This document shows, piece after piece, positions 50,468-59,633 of a stretch of 64,000 nt of DNA. This DNA is from an uncultured beta proteobacterium. GTDB taxonomy: Bacteria > Pseudomonadota > Gammaproteobacteria > Burkholderiales > SG8-41. The number at the start of each line of letters is the position of its first letter. Position 1 is the stretch's first letter. The stretch covers positions 60-64,059 of the forward strand of contig CALOEN010000002.1 in NCBI GenBank assembly GCA_942492335.1. Reading direction: 5' to 3'. The translations under genes and the position numbers were made by a program. The notes under the pieces are model-generated. The model was not told where the DNA came from. It saw only the letters and a program-made list of their open reading frames with translations, and did no database searches.

Positions 50468-51352
50468 TCATGCCCCAATGTCCGCAAGCAGGCTTTTGAC
50501 CTCGGCGCGGCCTGCCTCGGACAGCGGTGTCTGAGGCGGCAGTGGCGCGCCGACCTCATAGCCTTGGAGTTCCAGGCCGCCCTTGATACATGCCGCCAGA
50601 TTGTACTTGGCGAAGACCCGGTTCACGCGCCAGAGGCTGCGCTGCAATCTCATCGCCTCCTCCCATTTTCCGGCATGACACAGGTTGTAGAGCTGCACGC
50701 TTTGCCGGGGCACGACGCACGCCGGACCCGCCATCCAGCCCACGCCCCCGATCAACATGACGCAGGCAGGGATATGGGCAGAAGCGCTAAAGACGCGTAT
50801 ACGCTCGCCGACGGCGTTGATAATGCTCAGCAACCTGCCTGTATCGGAGGAGGCATCCTTGATATAGCAGACGTTCTCTATTTTTGCGAGACGCTCGATG
50901 GCGGGGAGCGTGAGGTCGCTGCGCTGAAACTGCGGATTCGTATAGAGCACGACCGGTAACACGGTAGCGTTTGCCATTGCGGTGAAATAGGCCACCACGC
51001 CGTCCTCGTTGAGAGGAAAGTAGGCTTCGAGTATCCCCAGGATGCCATCAACACCAAGCGCCGAGTATGCTTTAACCTGTTCGGCCGCATCGGCTATGGT
51101 AGTGGCTGCCACACCGGCCACGACAGGCACTCTGCCGCGCGTCGCCTGCACGACGACCTCCACAATGCGATGGCGTTGCTCCCGGTTCAAATAGGCAAAC
51201 TCCCCAGTCGAGCCCAGGGGCGTCAGGCCGTGGACCCCGGCGGCTATCAGATCGTTCACCAGCCGCGTCAATACTGTGTCCTTGACCCGGCCGCCATCGT
51301 CTATGGGTGAAACCAGATAGGGAAAAACGCCGTGAAATTTGTCGTGTGCCAT
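50468..51352 (-). CDS. Dihydrodipicolinate synthase family (class I aldolase) protein
   Basis: [19 protein letters not shown], a Schiff-base lysine context (YIKDAS), 294 aa. Confidence 0.85.
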   Translation of the reverse strand: MAHDKFHGVFPYLVSPIDDGGRVKDTVLTRLVNDLIAAGVHGLTPLGSTGEFAYLNREQRHRIVEVVVQATRGRVPVVAGVAATTIADAAEQVKAYSALGVDGILGILEAYFPLNEDGVVAYFTAMANATVLPVVLYTNPQFQRSDLTLPAIERLAKIENVCYIKDASSDTGRLLSIINAVGERIRVFSASAHIPACVMLIGGVGWMAGPACVVPRQSVQLYNLCHAGKWEEAMRLQRSLWRVNRVFAKYNLAACIKGGLELQGYEVGAPLPPQTPLSEAGRAEVKSLLADIGA

Positions 51353-51385
51353 GACCTTCTCCCGAATTGTTTGTGTCCTCTGCGT

Positions 51386-52566
51386 CTAAGGTTTGTGTGT
51401 TGAAGGTTCATTTCGCGCATTGCGCTGAAGGAAGCGGATGATTTCATCGGTCTTGAGCACCGGGGCTCCAGGAGACACGGGCCCAGGGGGGGGGGGGGGG
51501 GGGAAAGAAAACCGCGGCCCGAGGCGCGCGACTGGGGAGAATGCGCGGCGGCGGAGCCGTAGAGGAGGGGGGAGAGGAGGGAGGAAAGGGAAAGGGGGGG
51601 AGTGAAGGGATCGAGAATAAGGGGGAGATGGGACGCGTCAAGATGAGGGGGAGGGGGGGAGAGGGGGGAGGAAGGGGAGGGAGGGGGGGGGAGGAGGGGG
51701 ATTTGGGGGGTTGGGGGTAGGGGGGGGAGGGGGAGGGGGGGGGGGGGAGGAGGGGGGGGGGGGGAGTAGGGGGGGGGAGAGGAAGGGGGGAAGAGAAGAG
51801 AAGAGAAGGGGAGGGGGGGGGGGGGGGGCGGAGGGGGGGGAGCGGGGGGCGGGCGGCTCGCTGGCGCCGACCACGACATTGGCCCACGATATGTGCTGCT
51901 TCATGCGCCGCACCACCTGTGGCCATTCGCGCGCGGTGTGGCGGCGCGGGTCGGGCAAGGCATGGCATTGCGAGCAGGCGATGCTGAACATCTGGCCCGC
52001 TGCAGAGGCGAGCGCCGGATGTTTGGGGTCGATTTCCTTCTGGCCATGTTTCTGCAGGTAGAGCGTGAGCGTCGCGACCTCTTCATCGGTTGGCGCGTGG
52101 ACGTTGTCCATCATACCTTTCATCAGCCTGCCCATGTTGCCCTTGCCCTGCATGCGCCATACCATGCGTTCCACCGTTTTTCCCCAGTTGGCGGCGGTAT
52201 GCATTTGCGGATTGGGAAGGTAATGGCATTGAACGCAGTATTGCGTGGCGAGGCGCGCGCCTTCCGATTTCGGTTCGGGCAATTGAGCGGGCTCGATTGC
52301 GCGCGGCAGGATGCGCTCGAGCATGGTGCCGTGCGGGCTTTGCGACCAGAGAGAGGAGCGACGAGGGAGGCGTCGGGAGGGTGGACAGGGCCCCAGGGCG
52401 GGCCCTGGCGACATCCGGTGGGATTCTGTGGCATGCGCACCGGCTGTAAACTCCACAAGCGGATGTCTTGGCTATTGTCAGCAGGCGTCACTGCGGCAAG
52501 CGTGCCCGTCGCGAAAACGGCGGCCAGCATGCCCATTCCCCACCGGGTTTTTCTCAGAGCCGTCAT
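51386..52566 (-). pseudogene. Periplasmic dihaem c-type cytochrome, interrupted by a polypurine tract and at least one frameshift near its 5' end
   Basis: Signal peptide MTALRKTRWGMGMLAAVFATGTLAAVTPA (ATG 52564-52566) is in one frame. Two modules with CVQCH and CSQCH are in ORF 51638-52456. The expected tail of module 2 (PVLKTDEIIRFLQRNARNEPSTHKP, stop 51386-51388; compare module 1 APTDEEVATLTLYLQKHGQKE) lies in the same frame on the far side of the G/A tract. Confidence 0.6.
51486..51855 (+). repeat. ~370 nt low-complexity polypurine tract (almost only G and A on the + strand; G runs of 18 and 16)
   Basis: Read directly: G18 at 51486-51503, G16 at 51813-51828, and dozens of GGGG+ runs separated by A/GA. 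There is essentially no T or C apart from a ~40 nt island (51511-51560). Confidence 0.95.
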
Positions 52567-52690
52567 CAGCCATCCTGTTGTGCGCGCCATGGGTGAATGT
52601 TCGCTGTGGCGCGCGTGCCCGGTCTTTATCATAGCGCACGCGTCTTGATGCGGGAAATGGCGGGACTACCGGTAAAGCGCCCACATGGAT

Positions 52691-53899
52691 TCATAACGTA
52701 TGAGTCTTGTCGCCAGTGGCGAATCCGAGCAGCGGCAACGTGATGCCCTTGCCGAACGCGATGACTTTGAACAGCTCGCCCATTTCGGCGGGCGAGAGCA
52801 GCTTTTGTGCCTGTGATACGAGCGGCGCATAGACGCGTGCATCGGACGCCGGCGTCTCCCCCAGTATGCCGGTGATGCCGCAGTTGATCAGGAACTGCGC
52901 CTGATTGGTATAGCCCAGCACGTCAAGGCCGGAAGCCGCGCCCGCGTGAGCGATGGCGCTGAAGTCGACGTGGGCGGTGATGTCCTGCAGTCCCGTCAGG
53001 CACAACGGGTCGGCGTGAGCGTGGTGGCGATAATGGCACATCAGCGTGCCGCTGCTGCGCTGCGGATGATAGTACTCGTGCGCCGGAAAACCGTAGTCGA
53101 TGAAGAGGATGGCGCCGCGCTTGAGAACACGCGCGAAGCTTTTCACGAACGCGCGCGCTGCGAGCTGGACTTCAGTTTCGTAACCGTCCGGCAACTCGAG
53201 AGTCCGGGCGGCAGCCAGCAGCGCGCCATCGGCCGCGCGATAAGCGCGCACGAACGCGCCGCCGCTCTTGTCCTCGGTGATGCCCATCTCCTCGATGGTG
53301 CCGCCGTGCATGCGAACGATGTGCGCCGGCATCGCGTCGAGCACCTCGTTGCCGACGATGATGCCATTGAAATCGGCCGGCAGCACATCCAGCCATTGCG
53401 CGCTGGCGGCCTGCTGCGGCGCGCGTTCGGCAATGCGTTGCTGCTGGCGTTCGCGCAGATCGGCGCTGACTTCGAGTATGCAGTAGCGATCCGGCGCATG
53501 GCCCAGCGCGGCCAGTTCCGGCAGCAGATCTGCAGCGAGGGCGCCACTGCCGGCGCCGATCTCGAGTACATCGCGCAGGCCGCTACCGATCAGTTCGGCA
53601 AGCTGGCGCGCCAGGCAGCGGCTGAATAACGGGGCAAATTCCGGGGCGGTGATGAAATCACCGTCTTGCCCGAGTTTGCGACTGCCCGCGCTGTAATATC
53701 CGAGGCCCGGCGCATAGAGCGCAAGCTCCATGTAGCGTGCAAAGCTGATCCAGCCCCGATTGGCGGCCAACTCTGCGGTGATCAGCGTGGTCAACTGGTC
53801 GCTTATCGCCTGTGCTTCGGCAGAAGGCGCCGGCAGATGCGCGAGATGGAGCGGAATCTTCACGCCACGGATGATGCTCGAATAGGCTAAAATAAACAA
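52691..53899 (-). CDS. Class I SAM-dependent methyltransferase (DUF185 / NDUFAF7-MidA family)
   Basis: SAM motif LEIGAGSGALAADLL plus family-typical YYSAGSRKLGQDGDFITAPE. Confidence 0.8.
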   Translation of the reverse strand: MFILAYSSIIRGVKIPLHLAHLPAPSAEAQAISDQLTTLITAELAANRGWISFARYMELALYAPGLGYYSAGSRKLGQDGDFITAPEFAPLFSRCLARQLAELIGSGLRDVLEIGAGSGALAADLLPELAALGHAPDRYCILEVSADLRERQQQRIAERAPQQAASAQWLDVLPADFNGIIVGNEVLDAMPAHIVRMHGGTIEEMGITEDKSGGAFVRAYRAADGALLAAARTLELPDGYETEVQLAARAFVKSFARVLKRGAILFIDYGFPAHEYYHPQRSSGTLMCHYRHHAHADPLCLTGLQDITAHVDFSAIAHAGAASGLDVLGYTNQAQFLINCGITGILGETPASDARVYAPLVSQAQKLLSPAEMGELFKVIAFGKGITLPLLGFATGDKTHTL

Positions 53900-53943
53900 T
53901 ATGCTGAGAGCGGCCGCCAGGAAGGCAGGCCGCTCATCTCGTT

Positions 53944-54702
53944 ATGGCCCACAACACTCATCTCGAAGGCAAGGTCGTGCTGATCACCGGCGGCGCCAAA
54001 CGCGTCGGTGCGGCGATCTGTCGCCGGCTGCACGCCGCCGGTGCCAATATGATGGTGCACTATCGCAGTTCGACCGTCGAGGTGCGCGCGCTCAAATCGG
54101 AATTGACCGCGCAGCGCAGCGGTTCCGTGGCGTTGGTGCAGGCCGACCTGCTCAAACCCGATGCCTTGCCGAACCTGGTCAAGGCTACGGTCAAGGAATT
54201 TGGCCGGCTCGATGCGCTTATCAACAATGCCTCGAGTTTTTATCCGACACCGGTGGGCGAAATTACCGAGAAAGCCTGGGACGATCTGATCGGCACCAAT
54301 CTCAAGGTGCCGATGTTCCTGTCTCAGGCCGCGGCGAAGGAACTGAGGAAAGCGCACGGCTGCATCGTCAATATCATCGACATACACGCCGAGTTCCCGA
54401 TGAAAAATTACGTCGTCTATACCGCAGGAAAAGGCGGATTGCTGGCCCTGACGCGCTCGCTTGCGCGCGAGCTCGGCCCCGAAGTGCGTGTCAACGGCAT
54501 CGCCCCCGGCACTATCCTGTGGCCGGACGACGAGAGCTGGCAGGACGAAGTCTCGCGCCAGCGCATCATCAACCAGACGGCATTGAAGCGCATCGGCGAG
54601 CCCGACGATATCGCCAAGGCAGTGGAATTCCTGATCGCCAACGCCCCCTATGTCACCGGCCAGGTGCTTGCGGTCGACGGCGGACGTAGTGTGAATCTTT
54701 AA
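53944..54702 (+). CDS. Pteridine reductase (short-chain dehydrogenase)
   Basis: TGGAKRVG cofactor motif, NNASSF, and catalytic YxxxK (YTAGKGG). Confidence 0.82.
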   Translation: MAHNTHLEGKVVLITGGAKRVGAAICRRLHAAGANMMVHYRSSTVEVRALKSELTAQRSGSVALVQADLLKPDALPNLVKATVKEFGRLDALINNASSFYPTPVGEITEKAWDDLIGTNLKVPMFLSQAAAKELRKAHGCIVNIIDIHAEFPMKNYVVYTAGKGGLLALTRSLARELGPEVRVNGIAPGTILWPDDESWQDEVSRQRIINQTALKRIGEPDDIAKAVEFLIANAPYVTGQVLAVDGGRSVNL

Positions 54703-54708
54703 ATTTCA

Positions 54709-54836
54709 GCCACAGAGAACACAGAGAAAATCTTGAATCTAAGTCTGCAATTGACACAAGAGTCTGCCACTCAGCGCTATGAAAGTTTTTTCGTGGCCGA
54801 TTCATTTTTGTTGCCTTCCTCTGTTTTCTCTGTGGC
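54709..54836. repeat. Inverted repeat of short purine-rich units: GCCACAGAGAACACAGAGAAAA (54709-54730) / CCTCTGTTTTCTCTGTGGC (54818-54836)
   Basis: Read directly. It has the same arms-plus-core architecture as the heptamer arrays and sits between the reductase stop and the ttcA start. Confidence 0.8.
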
Positions 54837-54850
54837 AAACGTTTTTAAGA

Positions 54851-55720
54851 ATGAACATGAACGCACCTGAATCCAGAATCGTCCAGAAGCAGCAGTACGA
54901 GGCGAACAAACTCGCCAAGCGCCTGCGCCGCCTGGCCGGGCAGGCGATCGCCGATTTCGACATGATCCGCGCCGGCGACAAGGTCATGGTGTGCCTCTCC
55001 GGCGGCAAGGACAGTTACACGCTGCTCGATGTCCTGATGCATCTGCGCGAGCACGCGCCTATCGAGTTCGACATCGTCGTGGTCAATCTCGACCAGAAAC
55101 AGCCCGGTTTTCCGGAGCATGTGCTGCCGGATTATCTGACGCGGCTCGGCGTGCCGTTCCGGATAGAAGAGCAGGACACCTACAGCGTGGTGAAGCGCGT
55201 CATTCCCGAAGGCAAAACCATGTGCTCGCTGTGTTCGCGACTGCGGCGCGGCGTGCTCTACCGCGTGGCGGGCGAACTGGGTGCGACCAAAATTGCGCTC
55301 GGCCACCATCGCGACGACATCCTGGAGACGTTTTTTCTCAATCTGTTTTATGGCGGCAAGTTGAAAACGATGCCGCCCAAACTGGTGTCCGATGACGGCA
55401 AGCATGTCGTGATCCGGCCGCTGGCCTACTGCAAAGAAGATGACCTGGCCGGGTATGCCGAGGTCAGGCAGTTTCCGATCATTCCGTGCACGCTGTGCGG
55501 TTCGCAGGAGACATTGAAACGCAGGGAAGTAAAGGCGCTGCTGCGTGAATGGGAAAAGCGCCATCCCGGGCGCGTCGAAACCATATTCACTGGCATGCAG
55601 AACGCACAGCCATCGCATCTGCTGGACCGCGCGCTGCACGATTTTTGCTGCCGTGGGCGGCGACCGGGATCGCACCAGAAGATGGCGACCGCGCCTTCGA
55701 CCCACTGGATGATAGAATAA
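54851..55720 (+). CDS. ttcA: tRNA 2-thiocytidine(32) synthetase TtcA
   Basis: PP-loop [18 protein letters not shown] and CTLCGS cysteine motifs. The start is ATG 54851. The C-terminus probably continues in another frame after the T5 run 55642-55646 ([18 protein letters not shown], stop 55732-55734). Confidence 0.9.
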   Translation: MNMNAPESRIVQKQQYEANKLAKRLRRLAGQAIADFDMIRAGDKVMVCLSGGKDSYTLLDVLMHLREHAPIEFDIVVVNLDQKQPGFPEHVLPDYLTRLGVPFRIEEQDTYSVVKRVIPEGKTMCSLCSRLRRGVLYRVAGELGATKIALGHHRDDILETFFLNLFYGGKLKTMPPKLVSDDGKHVVIRPLAYCKEDDLAGYAEVRQFPIIPCTLCGSQETLKRREVKALLREWEKRHPGRVETIFTGMQNAQPSHLLDRALHDFCCRGRRPGSHQKMATAPSTHWMIE

Positions 55721-55823
55721 ATAGTTATTTATAATCAATAAGTTATAAAATATCTACGCTTGGCTTCGGGCGTCCACTCCGCAATTGTCAAAATAATTGC
55801 GACATGGTAATCTCGCGCATCTT

Positions 55824-56060
55824 ATGAACTGCGCCCAACGCCTAGTCGCCATATTCGGCACCCAAGCCGAAGTCGCCCGCCGCTTTCGCTTGGCGCGCGC
55901 CGTCGTCAACAACTGGGTCAAAACCGGTTACGTGCCGGCGCGCTGGGCGATGGAAGTCGAACAAGTTACCGATGGTCAGATTCCGGCAGTCGAAATACTC
56001 AGTGAAGCCAATACCCGCGAAACCGGTCCGCCTGGAAGTCGCGGTCGGACGGGGAAATAA
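55824..56060 (+). CDS. Small Cro/YdaS-like helix-turn-helix protein
   Basis: MNCAQRLVAIFGTQAEVARRFRLARAVVNNWVKTGYVPARWAMEVEQVT resembles YdaS/Cro-type DNA-binding proteins. It is preceded by an AT-rich patch and a palindrome GCAATT-N8-AATTGC. Confidence 0.6.
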   Translation: MNCAQRLVAIFGTQAEVARRFRLARAVVNNWVKTGYVPARWAMEVEQVTDGQIPAVEILSEANTRETGPPGSRGRTGK

Positions 56061-56092
56061 TTTCTTTGATACGACTTTTCAGGGAGAGCTAC

Positions 56093-57351
56093 ATGATGAT
56101 ACAATTCGCGCCTGCCAAACGCATCAGGCTCTTTCCACCCTCCGCGCCGCACGCTGATGGGGCCGGGGCCGACGGAAATCCATCCGCGCGTGCTGACCAC
56201 CATGAGCCAGCCGGCCATCGGCTATCTCGATCCGAAATTCGTCGAGATGATGGAAGAGCTCAAATCGCTGCTGCGTTATGCCTACCAGACGAAAAATCCG
56301 CTGACCTTCCCGATCTCGGGTCCGGGCTCGGTGGGCATGGAATACTGTTTCGTCAACCTGGTTGCGCCGGGCGACAAGGTGATTGTCTGCCGCAATGGCG
56401 TGTTCGGCGGCCGCATGATCGAAAACGTCGAGCGCTGCGGCGGCATACCCATCGTGGTCGAGGACAATTGGGGCGAGCCGGTCGATCCGCAGAAGCTGGA
56501 AGACGCGCTCAAGAAAAATCCCGGTGTGCGCGTTGTCGCGTTCGTCCACGCCGAGACCTCCACCGGCGTGCTGTCGGATGCCAAGACCCTGGTCGAGATT
56601 GCCCACAAACATAAAGCGCTGACCATCGTCGATGCCGTGACTTCGCTTGGCGGCTCGCCGGTGCTGGTCGACGAATGGAAAATCGACGCGGTGTATTCCG
56701 CCAGCCAGAAATGCCTGTCGTGCACGCCGGGTCTGTCGCCGGTATCGTTCTCGGAGCAAGTGGTCGATTACGTCAAGGCGCGCAAGGACAAGATCCACAG
56801 CTGGTTCATGGACATGAACCTGCTGCTCGGCTACTGGGGCGAAACCACGCGCACCTATCACCACACCGCGCCGACCAATTCGCTGTTTGCCTGCACGAGG
56901 CGCTGCTGCTGATCCGCGAAGAAGGACTGGAGAATGCCTGGGCACGTGCGCCGCGATCACATCGCGCTCAAAGCCGGCCTCGAAGCGATGGGCTTGAAGT
57001 TCCTCGTCAAGGAGCAATACCAGATCCCGCAGATGAACGCGATCTGTATGTCCCGAAGGCGTCAATGAAGCCGAGGTGCGCAAACGCCTGCTGTCCGAAT
57101 TCAGCCTGGAAATTGGTGCAGGCCTGGGCCCGCTTGCCGGCAAGATCTGGCGCTTCGGCCTGATGGGCTATTCCTGCCGGCCCGCCAACGTCATGCTGTG
57201 CCTCTCGGCGCTGGGTTCGGTGCTAGATGATCTCGGCTATGCGGTGCATGTCGGTGATGCCGAAGCCGCGGCCCACGGTGCGTATGCCGCGATGCATGCC
57301 GAGGCAGCTCAAACCAAGAAAAAGCGCGAAGCGGCCAAAGCCGCTGCTTAA
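56093..57351 (+). pseudogene. Class V aminotransferase (alanine-glyoxylate / serine-pyruvate type), at least four frame breaks
   Basis: The pieces are MMIQFAPAKRIRL | FHPPRRTLMGPGPTEIHPRVL...SASQKCLSCTPGLSPV...APTNSLFA | LHEALLLIREEGLENAW.. | RRDHIALKAGLEAMGLKFLVKEQYQIPQMNAI | VCPEGVNEAEVRKRLLSEFSLEIGAGLGPLAGKIWRFGLMG. The breaks lie near 56132-56134, 56889-56891, 56940-56948 and 57045. Confidence 0.82.
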
Positions 57352-57371
57352 CGCCTTTTATTTTTCGCTGG

Positions 57372-57400
57372 AACCGGCCGCCGCGCGCGGCCGGTTTTGT
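57372..57400. terminator. GC-rich hairpin between the convergent aminotransferase and mgtE genes (bidirectional terminator candidate)
   Basis: AACCGGCCG ccgcgcg CGGCCGGTT followed by TTGTTT on the + strand, and preceded by a T-rich run for the other strand. Confidence 0.6.
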
Positions 57401-57401
57401 T

Positions 57402-58640
57402 TCAGCGGATCAGAAGAGTCGCCAGCCCGAGCAACAAGCCCATGCTCACCACGTCGGTGGCCGTGGTGAGGAAAATGCTGGAAGCCGTCGCGGGGTCGGC
57501 GCCAAAACGCTTGAGCGTCAACGGCACCATGGCGCCGGAAATGCCGCTTGCGACACAGCTGCCGATCATCGCCAGCCATACGACGATGGCAAGCAGCAGC
57601 GCATTCGGCGTGTGCTGGTAGCTGGCCACGATGTACATGCCCACAGCGGCAACCAGGCCCACCAGTGCGCCGTTGAGCAGGCCGAGCAGGGCTTCCTTGA
57701 TCACCAGCAGCCGTTCCTTGCCGGGCTTGAGTTCGCCCAGGGTGATCCCGCGCAGGGTCACCGCCAGCGCCTGGCAGCCGGTGTTGCCCGATTGCCCGGC
57801 GAGCACCGGCAGGAACATGGCGAGAATCACCAGGCGATCGACGGTGTCCTGGAATAGCGCGACGACCGCGCCGGCAACGAATGCTGTGAGCAGGTTCAGT
57901 TGCAGCCACGGATGCCGAAACCTCAGGCTTTGCTTCCACGGCGTGGCCAGCCGTTCCTCTTTCTCAACGCCGACCATGCTGCCGACCTGCGCCGTGATCT
58001 CGAGGTTCTGCTCCTCGAACATCGCCTGGCCGCGCACCAGCCCCAGCAGCACACCGTTGTCGTCGCACACCGGGTAGACGGGGTAATGGCGGTCGAGCAC
58101 CAGTTTCATGGCGCCGGCGAGCGGCATGCCGGGCTTGAGATAGAACGGATCGCGCAGCATGATGGCTTCGAGCGGCGTCCCGTTTTCTGCAAACAACAGG
58201 TCGCGCATGGTGATGATGCCTGCCAGCTTGCCGCCAGCATCGGTGACATAGCCATAGGTGATGAAGCGGGTCCTGACCAGCATGCGCAACCGTTCGATAG
58301 TGTCGCCGACAGTGATCTCCGGTCGGAACAAGGCATAAGGGGGCTCCATCATGCGGCCTATGCTGCCTTCCGCATAATCGAGGTTGCGTTTCCATTGGCG
58401 GGCGATTTCGTCTGGCGCCGCACTCAACACCTCGTGGCGAAAGCCCGCAGCAAATTCAGAAAGTATGTCTTGGGCGAATCCTGGATTGAGCGCCAGAAGC
58501 ACCGGCGCAACAGTGGCTGCCGGGTGCTCAGCCAACAGCGCCGCGGCACTCTGTGCCGGCCGCAGCTTGGCCTCCTGGGCAAGGGTTTTCTGCTGCGCGG
58601 TCAGCGCGGACTGCTGCGACGCGGGCGAGCCTGCATTCAC
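57402..58640 (-). CDS. mgtE: Magnesium transporter MgtE
   Basis: N-domain, tandem CBS domains, and a C-terminal 5-TM MgtE domain (GNTGCQALAVTLRG, ATDVVS). The likely start is GTG 58638-58640, 5 nt after AGGGAGG. The upstream part of ORF 57402-58820 would overlap metF. Confidence 0.88.
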   Translation of the reverse strand: MNAGSPASQQSALTAQQKTLAQEAKLRPAQSAAALLAEHPAATVAPVLLALNPGFAQDILSEFAAGFRHEVLSAAPDEIARQWKRNLDYAEGSIGRMMEPPYALFRPEITVGDTIERLRMLVRTRFITYGYVTDAGGKLAGIITMRDLLFAENGTPLEAIMLRDPFYLKPGMPLAGAMKLVLDRHYPVYPVCDDNGVLLGLVRGQAMFEEQNLEITAQVGSMVGVEKEERLATPWKQSLRFRHPWLQLNLLTAFVAGAVVALFQDTVDRLVILAMFLPVLAGQSGNTGCQALAVTLRGITLGELKPGKERLLVIKEALLGLLNGALVGLVAAVGMYIVASYQHTPNALLLAIVVWLAMIGSCVASGISGAMVPLTLKRFGADPATASSIFLTTATDVVSMGLLLGLATLLIR

Positions 58641-58743
58641 GGGAGCCTCCCTGTTCAAAGTGCGCGGACCAGGCGGTCCCGAGCACGGCGACAGTATAGC
58701 CGCGGAAGGCTTGGGCGCGGCAACACCCGCCGCCGCGGGCGGG

Positions 58744-59625
58744 TTAGAGGCCCAGCCGTTGCCAGATGGTCGAGGCGAGCCCCGCCTGATTGAGCGTGTA
58801 GAAGTGCAGTCCCGGCGCACCGTTCTCCAACAGGTCGTCGCACAGGTCGGTCACGACATCGAGCCCGAAAGCGCGGATGGAGGCGGTGTCGTCGCCATAG
58901 CCTTCGAGCTTCTTGCGCATCCAGCGCGGGATCTCGGCGCCGCAGGCATCTGAGAAGCGCGCAAGCTGCGAGAAACGGCCGATCGGCATGATGCCGGGAA
59001 CGATGGGCACGTCTATGCCCATGGCATCGCATTGATCGACGAAATGATAGTAGGCATCCGGATTGTAAAAGTACTGGGTTATCGCAGAATCGGCGCCGGC
59101 TTCGACCTTGCGCTTGAAGTTCAGCAGGTCGTCCCGGGCGTTTCTGGCCTGGGGATGGTACTCGGGGTAGGCCGCGACCTCGATGAAAAATGTGTCGCCG
59201 AACTCCTCGCGTATGAACCCCACCAGTTCATTGGCGTAACGAAATTCCCCTGCGGCTGCGAGTCCCGACGGCAGGTCGCCGCGCAGCGCGACCAGGTGGC
59301 GGATGCCGTTGTCCTTGTACTTCTGCAACATCTCGCGGACGCTGTGCCGGGTCGAGGCGATGCAGGAGATGTGGGGGGCGGCCGCGTGACCCTGGGCGCG
59401 GATGTCGAGCACGGTGTCCAGAGTGCCCTCGCGGGTCGAACCGCCCGCGCCGAACGTGACGGAAAAGAACTCCGGCTTGAGCTGGGCGAGTTGACGGGTG
59501 GTCGCGCGCAGTTTCTCCAAGCCCTCCGGCGTATTCGGAGGGAAGAACTCGAAGCTGAAGACCCGTGTCTCTTCCCCCTCAAGGGGGGGGTGAGCAGAAC
59601 GGGGCGCGGAGGGTGACTCGGTCAT
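58744..59625 (-). CDS. metF: Methylenetetrahydrofolate reductase
   Basis: FSFEFFPP, VTFGAGGST and ALRGD motifs. ATG 59623-59625 is preferred over TTG 59637. Confidence 0.93.
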   Translation of the reverse strand: MTESPSAPRSAHPPLEGEETRVFSFEFFPPNTPEGLEKLRATTRQLAQLKPEFFSVTFGAGGSTREGTLDTVLDIRAQGHAAAPHISCIASTRHSVREMLQKYKDNGIRHLVALRGDLPSGLAAAGEFRYANELVGFIREEFGDTFFIEVAAYPEYHPQARNARDDLLNFKRKVEAGADSAITQYFYNPDAYYHFVDQCDAMGIDVPIVPGIMPIGRFSQLARFSDACGAEIPRWMRKKLEGYGDDTASIRAFGLDVVTDLCDDLLENGAPGLHFYTLNQAGLASTIWQRLGL

Positions 59626-59633
59626 TATCCTGC

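Noticed and set aside
51301-51968. Proline-rich ORFs (192 and 174 aa, PPPPPSP...) on the minus strand.
   Set aside because: They are simply the complement of the G/A tract read in two frames. Frame continuity through G16-G18 runs is not trustworthy, and there is no start context or flanking coding signal.
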